From Balanoglossus misakiensis (taxonomy: Eukaryota; Animalia; Hemichordata): 64,000 bases of DNA. The notes beneath the pieces are model-generated. The model worked only from the letters and a program-made list of their open reading frames with translations. It was not told the DNA's origin and ran no database searches. A program made the position numbers and the translations under genes. Of this stretch, positions 39,401 through 52,100 are shown piece after piece (position 1 is the stretch's first letter; each line of letters begins with the position of its first letter). The DNA lies in NCBI GenBank assembly GCA_040954595.2, contig CM082596.2, positions 9,258,461 through 9,322,460 of the forward strand, in the 5' to 3' direction.

Positions 39401-39801
39401 GAAAACCCCAACCGAAAACGTTGAAACGTCGTCTGCAATTTTAGATACATAGGCCACTTTGAAAAATGTTGTCTTAAGCGCTAAATTTAGACTTGCTCCA
39501 AGTGTATGGGCTGTGTAGGGAACGTGACCCGAAACCACAAGCTCAGTCGCAAATTTGAAACTCGCCTCACTACCGAAAACACGCTAAAGGCAAGCATGCA
39601 CGCAAAAAGTATTGAAATTATTTATTAAGACAAAAAACCACCGAAAACACAAAAAGTATTGAGATTTAAAAATCACCAAGCGACTAGTGGGCTAGTCTAC
39701 GCTAAATTATGAATCTGAAGAATCAGGAATGATTGTACAGAAAATCCACCCGTGCTTATTAAATTGATAAATTGTTTATATAATTCTTTAAACCCCTTAA
39801 C

Positions 39802-39808
<7 letters not shown>
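36410..39808. repeat. Head-to-tail dimer of a ~1.6-kb non-coding element, inserted in the (AAT)n tract
   Basis: Copies start at 36410 and 38011. Each has inverted taaagaattatataaa / tttatataattcttta near its ends and TAAT at the junctions. Confidence 0.9.
39488..39699. mobile_element. 212-bp MITE-like insertion with 9-bp TSD
   Basis: TAGACT...AGTCTA ends; CGCTAAATT duplicated at 39479-39487 and 39700-39708; absent from the first dimer copy. Confidence 0.8.
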
Positions 39809-39856
<48 letters not shown>

Positions 39857-41174
39857 GAAAAATTCCAACAATACCAATGTGCCCCTAATTAGAACAGATA
39901 CTGTATTTATTATATTCTATTATATTACATGAACATGGATTTCATTAAAATATCTTTGGCTTTAGCTGGATAAATAAATAAATATAATTACTAATTTTCA
40001 TTCAAACAGTTTCTTGTCTGGTGTACGATTACAGTTTGACTGTTGAATGCACAATACATGATTCAAAATGAGATTGCTATTAGAAGAGAAAAAAATACAA
40101 TATAAATTACAGCTTTATATGTATAGGAATGCACATCAATATATCATGTTTATAGTGAAAATGTTCATTTCACTGAGAACATTTCTTTACAGATCCAATA
40201 GACTCTCAATAGACACCATTGTATGGTGTTATATTTGACAAGGGGGCTTAGACATTGTGTGAATATTATTATGGAATTGTGTGCGTATTGTTTGTGCACC
40301 ATGGACCGGGAAATTGGCTCTTCCTGGAATGACTGCAGCAAGAACGTCTCTTCTTGGCACTCTATGTTGCTGCAATAAGCGTGCTGGTTTATTGTCAGAT
40401 CTTGGCAGATCAAATGATGGCAGAGGATCCGTAGAATAACGTTCATTGTCAGATGTGTAATAGTAAAAATAGCGTCAAGGACACTGTGGTCCCATTTGAG
40501 GATTGGCCAGAAACAGATTTGCAGTGGAATATTTAATTACATGCATTGGCGCAAAGCATAGTGGTTGTGTATTTTGTACATGTGTATGGCTATTTCAAGC
40601 CGAAGAAGGGACTGTATGGATTCAGTGTGGTATAGAACTGTGTGGACCACAAGCTACCGAAAGTAGTACTGTACTGCTGTGGAGTGGATAATGCAAGACT
40701 GAAGGTGTGAAGGGAAACTATGACAGTAGTGATAGTTTTGTGAAGTATTTTTTATTGAACATACGAAAACAGAAATCTAACAAAAAAATACTGCTGCTGA
40801 AATATTGCAACAAACAAAGTAACAAAAAACAAGGAAATAATATATGTTTGTTTGTAGTAAGATTTAAAACAGAACAAAACAAAAAAGCAGGAAAATAATG
40901 TCGACGTCAATGAACTGGTAATGCGCAGAAAATGAGCCAAGCAATGTTGCAACAATGTGAACAAAACTATGGGTACTCAGATAATCTATAGGAAGGTTCG
41001 TACTAAATGTCAAATGTCAAAATGTAGATTTTTTACCAGTAATTTGGAAAAAAAAAATGCATAAAAAATAGAAAATCAGTAATATTAGCTGAAAACATGC
41101 AGGACTGTTTGAGGTGGACATAAGATACGTGCAAGGCAATTTTAAATCAATGTGACCAGTGGTTGTGAGTTCAG

Positions 41175-43758
41175 TCAATGGGTACTGATGGCTGTGATGT
41201 TTTTGGTAGATGTGGCTTGGAACTTGATTGTGCGGCCGTCGCAGATGTCAGTGACGGCCTGTAACAGCTGGGTGTCGGACGTGTTCATGGTGGAGATTTT
41301 CATATGTTGTAGTAGTATCTTGGACTGGCGCGGGTAAAACCTGTACATGTCTGTGTGACCGTTGCAGTCTAGGAGGAGCGTCATGGTTACTCCTGGTCTG
41401 GCAGTAGGATTTTTGGTTTTTTTGCAGAAGGTGCATCTGGAAATGGAAAATATGGAATGCATTAAAAGGGAGGTTCCCTGAAGGAGGTGTTGACTGCAGT
41501 GTTATCTTTTGAGTTCCGGTGGTGGGATAATAGGTGGTAAAGTAATGAAGGTGTCATTGTGTATTTGGTAATGTATGTAGCGAGGGGAATATTGGTACTT
41601 TAGATGTGTGTAACAACCGATGGTGGGGTTTGTGGAAGTGATGATGGGCAAGCAATGTGAAATGGACAAAGTGTATCTTTCGCTGCTCTTTTTCCAGTAT
41701 TTTGTTTGATTGTAGACACGGTTTATGTTGTGGGTATATAGTGAATGAACGTTAATTCAAGCAACTTCCAGTCGGTTTGTAGGATATGAGAGAAAGATCC
41801 TGTCGGAATGAGTAAATGGTGAACACCGATTATTCATTTTGGCGAGTTTTTCTCTCTCGTGTGTACAAGTGGGATGGAAAGAGTGTGTGGTTGAGGATTG
41901 ATGCACAATATATTCACATGTACATTGACATGAATGGCGTCTTGTGTGAAACATTATTAATGGGAAAAGGGCAGCGAGAGAGAGACTTTGTCCGTTCAAG
42001 TATTGTAGTGTATCTTACTTGTTCTTGTCGTTGATGTAGCCATTGCAGGTGTGGGTGGCGCACATGCTGACTTTTTGTAGTCTGCATATGCCACGCAAGG
42101 ATCCAGTGGACCAGTGGCAGTCATCATCGGAATCGGCACTGAGGTCGTCATCCATATTTTCTACTAATGGGGCAGATTCCTGAATTGAATAGAAAATGGT
42201 GTGAAACATTAGTTGGGAGATGGCATGTTGATTGGTAAGCTATGCAGATTTTCAGGGAAAAGGAGAGTGGACTGTAGTGTTATGAGGTTCTGGGTGTGAA
42301 ATGAAAATGCATTAGACCTATGATGCGGGTACCAGGCTGGAACCGAACAAAACGTACCGATGTTGAGATCGTGGTGTGTTTTCTAGAAGTTAACCGGTTT
42401 GGATAGTTTGCAGCCTTCTTGATGTTTGTTATGGTTACTGTTGCGCCTGTTTGTATGCTGTCGCTGGTGCATAGGTCTTCCCAAAGAGTAACTTTTGCTT
42501 TCATGCTGTCGTCGGCAAGGACAATGGTTCGTCTCTTGATGGGGCCACTGCGGCTGTAGGATTGTTTGACGCGTTGAACCTGGTGAGAGAACAACCGGTA
42601 ACGAAATGTTGTTATGAAAAAGGGTGATGAAAGTTGATGGCATGTGTGAAACCATGACCAGGAGAAGGGGTGTCATTGTTTCCTAGGAACCCCATGTTAG
42701 CAGATGACATTAGGCTCTAATCCTTTTATCATATAATAGGTGTCCGCCAAAGCTGTGACAATGGGAACGGGCGCAATTACTGATCTGTTCACAACTGAAG
42801 GATCGGTGTCGCCAAGGAAGTGATGTGGTTGTACGTAAAGAGCCACAACGATGATCTGTCAGACGCGTCAGCCGTGGTTGTACAACGCTGCAGCGTTGGC
42901 CGGAAGTTAATTCAAAGGTCTGTGGCGGTTTGCCGTACACGCGTGATATAGATCATCGCACCGGTAAGGGCTGGGTGCTGAGAGCTGGTGGCGTGAGTAA
43001 TTAGTAAGTGGTTACACCCGCGCACGGCGAAACCGATCTGATTGGCTGTTTGCCTGGTAATTGATGGGTAAATAGTGTACGAAACAAAATACGTCAAGAG
43101 TCAGGGAAAGGCGGGTGGGTGTCAACGTCTGTGAACAAATACTGAGTGAAGGTCGTTTACCTTTGTAGTAATTTACATAAATAAAATCGAGCAACTTCCC
43201 ATCCCAAACGTACACCTTACGATGTCAGTCTTGTCCGATTCTGTATTTACGCCCATGGTGTAATAGGCCAATTTGCGTGCCTGTTTTCGGAGGAAAGTGT
43301 TCAAAAGTCAACTTACCCGTATAATTGTGCCGGCGACATTGTGGTACAGGTGATCTGTGGTCAGCGCATCATGTAATGGTGTGACAACGTCAGTGGGTGC
43401 TTTTTCGGTCATTTGCGACATCAAGGTCGTTGCTGTTGACGGGCGGGGGTACGGTGATTGTGGTGGTCGATGTAGCAGCCAGTGTTGTGTCGTTGTTGAT
43501 GGAGATGCCGTTGTTCCTGACGTAAATTTTGGGGCCAATTATCAGTGTCTTGCCGACGTTGGTTTCCAATAGGGACAATTTGTCCCGTTTAGATAGCCAT
43601 ATGTAGAGCACTGTGGCGCAGGTGTGGTCTGCGACCACAGCACGCTTTTATTTCTCGGTGCCTTCTTCGTAGTGAATAAGCTTGGCGTTGATGGTGTCGT
43701 TGTAATAGTTATTTTTGTCTTTTTGCGTCAGCTCAAGGAGTGATAGTGTAGGTAGCAT
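41175..43758 (-). pseudogene. RPA70-like multi-OB-fold ssDNA-binding protein gene (4 exons), with a stop at 43648-43650 and a frameshift near 43440
   Basis: Exons 43758-43317, 42579-42358, 42179-42019 and 41436-41175. OB motifs KRAVVADHT and RRTIVLADDSMKAKVTLWED; C4 zinc ribbon CATHTC...CTFC formed across a splice junction. Confidence 0.75.
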
Positions 43759-43873
43759 CTGCATGTGAGAAAAAGAAGTAATTGTGTAAGTTTGGCAGGG
43801 CAGTGGAGTACTGCAAGAAATTAGTTGTGAGAGGGTGAAATACATGGTGGACGACAGCTTTTGGAAAATGTAT

Positions 43874-44239
43874 TTATAATATGAAGGGGAAGTTGCGAAA
43901 CGATAAGAGCAAAAGATTTGCGTGTAGTTGCCAATACTGGTTGGTCAATGTTTGTATTGCTGTTATCTCACTGTTGATATCTGGGGAGGTGATGACATTT
44001 GGAAGGCTGTTGTCATATTCAGCAACACACTGTAGCGTTTCCAGGAACGTGAAGAGATCGCCAACAATTTTGTAAAATGCACATTTGAGGTTGTCTTCTT
44101 CGTCAGTATGATACAGTCGCAGAGTGTAATACGAATTTTGGGAAATGGTTGCACCTGGAAGTAGTAATTTCTTGTCTGTTAAGTCATGTAACAGTTGAGC
44201 GTGGCTTAATAAATTTTTCGGGGGGTAGCTGTATGACAT
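43874..44239 (-). CDS. Hypothetical 121-aa protein inside the Helentron
   Basis: ATG-initiated portion (MSYSYPPKNLL...) of a 223-codon open frame; no recognised domain. Confidence 0.3.
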   Translation of the reverse strand: MSYSYPPKNLLSHAQLLHDLTDKKLLLPGATISQNSYYTLRLYHTDEEDNLKCAFYKIVGDLFTFLETLQCVAEYDNSLPNVITSPDINSEITAIQTLTNQYWQLHANLLLLSFRNFPFIL

Positions 44240-44606
44240 ATTCTGTACAGATCGGAAGGTCGAGCATGGTCCCAAAGTCGCGAAAACGGCACTCTGCGAT
44301 TGAGAATTCCAGACGCAGACCGTGGGTGTACTGAAATCAGAGGTGGTGGGTGTTTGTACGCGGAAATGATAAGCAGGTGGTAGAGCCTCTCTTCTAAGAA
44401 AGTGTGCCGATTGATGTGACCAGGCAATGTTGGTTTGACTGAAAAGTACGCAACCATGAATGGATTTGATGGTATGCATAATTACTATCGGAAAGCTGAG
44501 ATGGTGTAGTGACGTGCACCTGACAAGAGATGCTTTGCTGTACAATGTTCTTTGGGAATGTTCTCTCAGAGATGATATATACGAGTGAAAGTTACGTAGG
44601 GAAGGT

Positions 44607-44811
44607 GGATATGGTTCTCTTAGTGGACACGACTATACTCCACGGGCGATAATATGGTTTTTTAGGGTTAGGGTTAGGAGGGTTAGGGTTAGGGTTAAAT
44701 TCACCCTCACATTGCCACCCCTAACCCTCCTAACCCTAACCCTAACTCACCCTCATTGCCATGGTATCGTTGCCATGGGGTATAGTCGTGTCCACTAAGA
44801 GAACCAGATCC
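44607..44811. mobile_element. 205-bp MITE with inverted telomere-like repeats and 8-bp TSD
   Basis: ~32-bp TIRs ggat(a/c)tggttctcttagtggacacgactatac; GGGAAGGT duplicated at 44599-44606 and 44812-44819; internal (TTAGGG)n then (CCCTAA)n. Confidence 0.9.
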
Positions 44812-46180
44812 GGGAAGGTTACTTACAGAATAGTACTTGTAGAAACAAAAGGAAATATTTGTGAAATGACACTACGGAACAACCTACCTTTAAATCACGC
44901 TGCAACTGAAGTACTTGTCGAAGACGAACGTGTCCGAAGTGGGTGTACTGATATTGGAGCTCACGGTGCAGAAGGTGGTGGTCGAGGATAAGAGAGCGGT
45001 GGATGTGGTCGGTTGACTATACAGCAAGGGTACTGACTGAACTGTGGTGCGGGACGTGAAAGTCAACTGTGTTTACGACGCAGGAGGTTGTAAGTGAATC
45101 ATTAACTAATGATCAAAGTCGAGGTGACCAATAGAATGTGGGACGGGTGTAGGTTAATCTTGGTTGTGATGCAACTGTAATCAAATATTGGTAAACTTAT
45201 GGCGCCGAGTGTTTTACAGCCTTGTAGCAATGAGTGTAATCATAACAAATCTGGTGTGGACATTGTGCGAGTAATTTATAGATGTCGGCGTTAGAAGCCT
45301 CTTCTACGACACGTCGGTATGACGATGCGCAGCTGGGTAGGTAGACTCTACAGCAGTCGTTGTGCCTATCGATAAGAAGGGAACTGTCACAATACTTGCG
45401 TACGACACGTCGCGAGGCACACAGGACGTTCTGTACATAATGCGGACGTGCATTAGTTCAGTATCACACTAGTCAGCTGTTTTGAATGTATTTGGGCGCG
45501 AGCGCTAGGTTTAGCCATGGTGAGTGAAGGGATTGAGATTGTGTAATCTGCTGGCAAGTCAGTAAACAATAAATGACGACGGAAGCCGCCAAAAAGTAAT
45601 GTTGTGATCAGATAGGTAAGCTGAGTGCAGTGCACGGAAGTTGTATGTATACATAGTTGTGGTAACAATGCCGTGTCGAATGGTAAATGCGTCGTTCAAT
45701 GTAGCGGCGTGTACTGTGTGGTCATAAACAGAGTTGAGCGATGTTTTGATAGGATTGGCAGCATGGATCTGCGATGGGCCCGTCGTAATCTTAAGAGAAA
45801 TGCAGGCGCCTGAGATAAATGAAAATAAACGACTGAGATATGACTTGATTTATAACGTGCGTTACCGCGATTTGCAAATTGTAGGTGTATGCCGTGCCAG
45901 GAAGCCAACAGCCGCGAGGTTGTCATGAGCATTATTGAATAGGGTCAATGTACTGTAGCGGGAACAGCTTGTCAAATCCGACGACGACACTGTAGTAATT
46001 TGAGTTGAAACTGTTGGAGGAGGATGTTTGCAGATGTGTGTATACACGTAATAAAAATTATGGACAGGTTGGAATGCTGGACAAAGAAACCAAATGTATA
46101 TATCAGAGTACTCGAGCATCTTCAGAATGCTGACATACGATGCCATGTTATTATTGTGTAGCGTTATATGAACAAAAGCA

Positions 46181-49100
46181 TTATTTCTGAAATAGACTGG
46201 GGTTACTGGCTGCGTATATTGTCTTGTGATCAGACCAAGAGTTTTCTAGTGTGCCAGAGTGAGTTGCAGAAAAGTTGAGAAATATTAAGTCCAAAGCAGA
46301 ATACTGGTCAGTTGTTTCTTCGTTTATTAATTGCTGGCAGTTGCAAATTGATGTCATTAAGTTCAGGAAAGTAGTGCTGATGTTAGGTAATAGGAAATCA
46401 ACATTGAAATCACCCATAATTATCATTGGTTTCATCAAGTCTAGTAATGGCAGGAGATGCTGTTTAAATTGTTCTTGGAATGTGTGTATTGTGCACTGAG
46501 GGGATTTGTACACCATAACCAATTGCAGTGGTTGATGTCGAAGTGATATGTTGGCTTTTATAAATTCAAACTGTTTTGTTGAATGGCACTTGATATGGAC
46601 CACTTGACATGAATCTTTGACGTACAATACAAGACCATGATAGGGTCTGGTGAAATTTTCAGCAGTGTCGCTGATATCCACATCTTGGTCATTCCTGAAC
46701 AGTAGATAATTTGGGAGATTGTAGGCTTCATTGGTGTCAGAAGTGGTTAATCTGGATTCGGCAATTCCTATAATATCAGCTGCCATTATATTATGGTCAC
46801 TGCATAAATCTGCAAAATGTTTATGGAGTGATCTTGCGTTTTGAAATACTATTTTGCAGTCGTTCTGGGGGAGGGCATATAATGGTGTGTAGCATAATTG
46901 AAGTTGGCTGTTATCACGGAGTCTTTTCATTTCATTGTGAACTGCTTCAGATATTGATATTTTATTTTTATTCAATTCCAGTATCTGAAGTCCAGCTATT
47001 GTGCGTACTCTACTTATTGCAACATAATGTATATGGTCAATTTTTCTTGTACCCACATGGATTATTACTTTATCAAGTGTATCACCCTGAGATTTATGAA
47101 TAGTTTTTGCAGCAGACGGTCTAAGTGGAAATTGAATTCTCATGACAGATACATGTTTGTAATATTTACTGGTAGGAAACTGGCGTTTAATGTCAAATAT
47201 TGGAGTCAATTGTGTATCAAATCCTGGTTGATGCAAATGCTTGTATTTATGTCTTCTCAATAGCCCAACATTTTTATCATCAAATTGAACCCAAATTATA
47301 CTGGGTCTGTTGCTTGATGTTCCTGTCATTCTGCGGTCTATTTGTTGCACTACACAACTGGCACCATTTGTCATACCATCCTCAACATCAACATTGGCAG
47401 TGAGATCATATCGCAGTCCAACAGCTAAAGGTGCTTGTGATAATAAACCACATGTTTTGGTGGGATCTTTTGGAATGGTCTTCGAAATCTGTGCTTTCAC
47501 TTGTTGTGAGACATCACCAATAACTGTGTCCAGTGCTGGTACAACAAGTTTATGGGATGTAGCATTTTGGTAAACTTTATCATTATGTGACTCTACCATT
47601 GCATTGGTAGTGTACAAATGAGGAATGGACTCGTTGAGTGGTTGATCATGAGATATTACATAGTTTTGCAATTCAGAAATATCTTCATCTGTGTGCCTCC
47701 CTTCTCTCAATCTATTCAATAGTTGAGCAAAGTCTTGATCATCTTTCTGTCTCATGATCTCTGTTAGTTCATGCATGGTGAAATGCTCTTTCCACAGATT
47801 AGTTGCTAATGGGCCATACTCTTTTGTTAGGTCTTTGAATATCCAGCCATCCATTACTGGTTTGAGTTGAAATAAATCACCAACAGTTATCATTGAAACA
47901 CCACCAAATACTTGATTGTTACCTTTTATTTGTTGAAGTCGGAGATTTATGAAATTGAAAAGCTCATGGCCTACCATGCTGATTTCATCAATGATTACAA
48001 CTGATAAATGTTGATATTTACTTCGCAAAGTATTAAGTTTATCGCTATCCAGTGGTTTGTATTTATAACCTTGACTTGCAGGTACTTTGAATGCTGCATG
48101 AATAGTACTACCATTGATATGATAGGCTGCTTTACCAGTTGGCGCACATAACAATAAACGACAGTCAAGTGGGGATTCACCAGCAGTTGAACAAAGATAG
48201 CGATGTAATGCCTGATATATTGCTCGGATTACAACTGACTTTCCTGTACCAGCACCCCCTGTTATAAATATATGCATTGGATCATGATTTGTCTTGACTG
48301 ATTTCAAAACATGATGAAATATTTCCCTTTGTTTTACATTGAGAGATCTCACTAGTTTGTGATATTGTTGATCAGGGATACGTCCTGGGATGTTGCTGGT
48401 GTCATCAGTGGTGACAGTCGTATTCATACCTATGTCAACACCTATATCATAAGTCGTATGTTCTGGTTGGTCATCAGGTTGAAAGTATATGAAATGATCA
48501 TTTGGTGTTGTAGTTCCTTCTTCTATATCATCTCTCTCATTATGTTGCGTATTTGGAGCAATCTGATCAAATGCATTTAAATCATCATTATCAAGTTGCT
48601 CTGCAGCTGTAGTGGCTTGATCTATCAACTCTGAATTATGTTCATACTTATCTATGGTTTGTGCAATAATGTGTTTGTTGTGATTATAAGATTCTTGAAA
48701 TGTAGCACAACTGTTTAGAAGGTCAGAGCTTTCATTTCTCCATGGCATGTACAGCAACAATTTTTCACGACAGTAATTTTCATAGTCAACTTTCTTACTA
48801 TAATTGACATAGCGTATTATACACGGATTTACACGTTCTTGTATTTTCATACCATTTTTGAGAATGATATTTATTTTACTTGTGATATTGTCAGATTTTG
48901 ATTCCACACCTGAAGCAGGCTCATCATCATCATTTATATCTTGTGGATAAGTATCAGTGCATGTGGTTGAATATGTGACTCTAAGTTTAGATGCATAATC
49001 TGCAAGACACCAATTTTCTAATGCTTTTGGCCGTCTAGCATAACGTTTGATTAGATTGTCACTTTCTATGTCAGTAGATTCTGCTGGTGTATTTTCAAGG

Positions 49101-52100
49101 GCAGTTTTGCTTTTGAGCAGGAATGTTCTTTGATCAGGTGGTGATGTGTTTATAAATACTACTTGTCTTGTAGCTTTAGTGAGTGACATCTGCAGTATGA
49201 TGTAAGCAGCCTCCTGTGCACTGATTTCTACATTGTTGAGGAATTTATTTCCAATGTGTCTGACCTGTGCTTTCAGTTCCATATTGCCTTTTCTGGCTTC
49301 TTTGCATGCTTGGTCAAGTAATGCACTCATGCCTCTTTGGGATTTACTGATATAGGATACAATGTACATGGCACAGGCGTATGGATCTAAAACAAATTGT
49401 AGATCATGATTTGCTCCCCATGCAGACAATAATAATTTCATGTAGGCATTGACACGTAAATCACTTGGTTCTCGTTTGAGAAATATTGTTGTAGTTTTGA
49501 GTGAACTCTGAATGCATTTTATGTATTCATCATGACTGATTTCCAGCTCAGTAGATAGGAAGTCATCATATGATATTGGTTTGCCTTCTTTCATATCATC
49601 CAGTTTTTGTTTGATTTCTTCATATTTCTGTTTGTAATGTTGTTCTTCATCTGGATCACCATTTAATGGTGAGAGAATCATTGTTTCTGACATAGGAGGC
49701 ATTGGGTATCCAAAACGACATACAGGTTTGCCTTTTACTCGGCATGTCTTAGAGTGCTTATGTGTCTGCAGATTCAATACTTCAGCCATTTCACTTGGTA
49801 CATTGGAAGAACAAGATACATATTTGTCAATGAAATCAATCACTTCTGTTGGTGTGTTTTGTTGATAATTTGGTGCATTCTCAATCCACATTAGCATATG
49901 GATGTGTGGTGAGCCACGTTGTTGAAATTCAACTCTGTAGAAGTAATCAGTGATTTTGCCCAATGGATCACATGGACCTCTAAGTACTGTATTGATGAAT
50001 TCATGAATTCTGTGGTCAAAGAAACGAGAAGATGTCACTGGGTCAGATTGAAGTAACCTGGACTTTGTAGCCCAATCCATGGCTTTAAGTTCATCAGCAG
50101 TATATTTCTTACCATCTACAAGTGTACCCAGTATTTGATGTAAGTCAATCCACTTTGTGTCAGCACTAGACAGAGAACAAAACCATGTTGGTAAACCAAG
50201 TTGTCTAATCATTGCAAATACATCTTTCTTCCTCTTTTCTAGATAAGGTGGTGAATTGCGCAAATCTCTGAATATGTAAAATCCATCATCAAGTCTAAGT
50301 AAATCACTTACTCTTTCTGGATTTAATAAATCTGCAACTTTGTAACTTCTACCTTCAGTCTTACATCGTCTCAATGCAAGGTGGACTTTACTACTGATCT
50401 GTTTTAACTGCAGTTTCTTCACTTTGAAAAACATATTTGGTACAGAGTTTGCAACACGTCTATCAACATTACGCAATTCCCATTTACAAACATCACTGTA
50501 ATGTACATTTGAGGTTTGGATTTGATCAATATTTCTGCGTTGTCCACAGAATATAGTTGGAAAGGCTAGATATTCTGCATCTGCATCGTTGAACAGACTA
50601 AGAGGTCGTTGGCCTTCACCAGGTGCAAATGTTAAAATTTGATTACGATAATCTGCATCATCAAGTAAAGTGTCCATATTAGCAACAGCTCCCTCTGCTG
50701 GATCAACCTCACTGAATGTATCAGAATCAGAATCTGATTCAGATTCAGGATCATCAGCTTGCTCTTGTTGAGTGTTTGTATTTTCAATAAATGCAGCCAT
50801 ATCATTATCTGTGTTTTCAAATTCCTGAGACCAGTTGTGATTAATTGGAATACCTGAATTTTGGTACAAAACACTGTTTTTCATGAGCCACACAAGTGCT
50901 GCCATCACTTTATTTGGTCGAATATTTTCTGTAAATTCACTTTGTGTGTATGACAGTTTTCGTTTCAGTTTGACTGGTATAGTAGCTGAATCATCTAGCA
51001 TTCTTGGCAGAGCATTAACAGTAGGGGTGATATCTGTTGGAATATTGACTACCGGACCAGATAATGACCTTTGACCTCCACGTGGCAAACTGCACATATG
51101 CATGAATGGAATTCTGAGTGCTATCAATCTTTCTTCCAAAGGGTGCAACTGTAACTGTGGTGGAATATCAGGGAAATTAACATTATTAGCTATAGACAAT
51201 CTGGGGACTTTACCAGCAGATATGGATCTGTAGCATGTGTTACAGACCCACTCTATATTGTCAACAGAAATGTATGCAGTCAAACATTTTGATGCAATGC
51301 CTTGTTCAGATAATTTGGCAGCAGGAGTAACAGATTTTCTGAACCAAGTTTGATGACATGATGAGCAGACATAGACAGGGCCTTGTGATACAGTTCTATG
51401 AAATAGATTTATGCATGCCTGCAACGATTCCCCGCATAATTGTCGTGTCTCAAAACCTCTATGTTTGCTAAAACCATTGTGTGTAACATGTTGGTTTTTG
51501 TCAATTTGAAATGTTTGAATTTTTTCACTGCATTTCACAAACTTCTTTTGTAAGTTTTCTTTTTTTCTGAAGTTTCTATCCTGTCTCTTCATTTTTCTGT
51601 AGATCTGTTGCTTTTTGTTTTCGTGCTCTTTGAAGGTTTTACTTTTACGTGAAGTCTTGATACGTGCCTGTGACTGTATTTTCTCATTTTGTCGAAATGT
51701 GGAATTTTGACGCAGACTTTTAATGTGTTCTTTCACTTTTGGCTTTTCTTTTTCTCGGAATGCAGGATTTTGACGCAAAGTTTTAATGTGTGCTTTAAAT
51801 TTCCCCTTTTCTTTCTCTCGGAATGCAGGATTTTGACGCAGAGTTTGCTTGTGTGAGTTTAATTTTACCTTCTCTTTCTCTCGGAATACAGGATTTTTGC
51901 GCAAAGTTTTAATGTGTGATTTTAATTTCACCTTTTCTTTCTCTCGGAATGCAGGATTTTGACGCAGAGTGTTAATGCGTGATTTCAATTTGACCTTCTC
52001 TTTCTCTCGGAATACAGGATTTTGACGCAGAGTTTGCTTGTGTGAGTTTAATTTCACCTTTTCTGTCTCTCGGAATACAGGATTTTGACGCAGAGTGTTA

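Larger units (their letters stand above)
32720..39890 (-). mobile_element. Non-autonomous Helentron-type element (second family) carrying nested insertions
   Basis: 3' hairpin GCTGC-TT-GCAGC then TTT on minus (32727-32738); subterminal inverted repeat ggggcaca (32745-32752) / tgtgcccc (39878-39885); (AAT)n tract; AATT at both junctions; internal repeats related to the 239-bp unit. Confidence 0.8.

Noticed and set aside
44660-44750. Chromosome fusion or true telomere
   Set aside because: Short, and enclosed by TIRs and a TSD.
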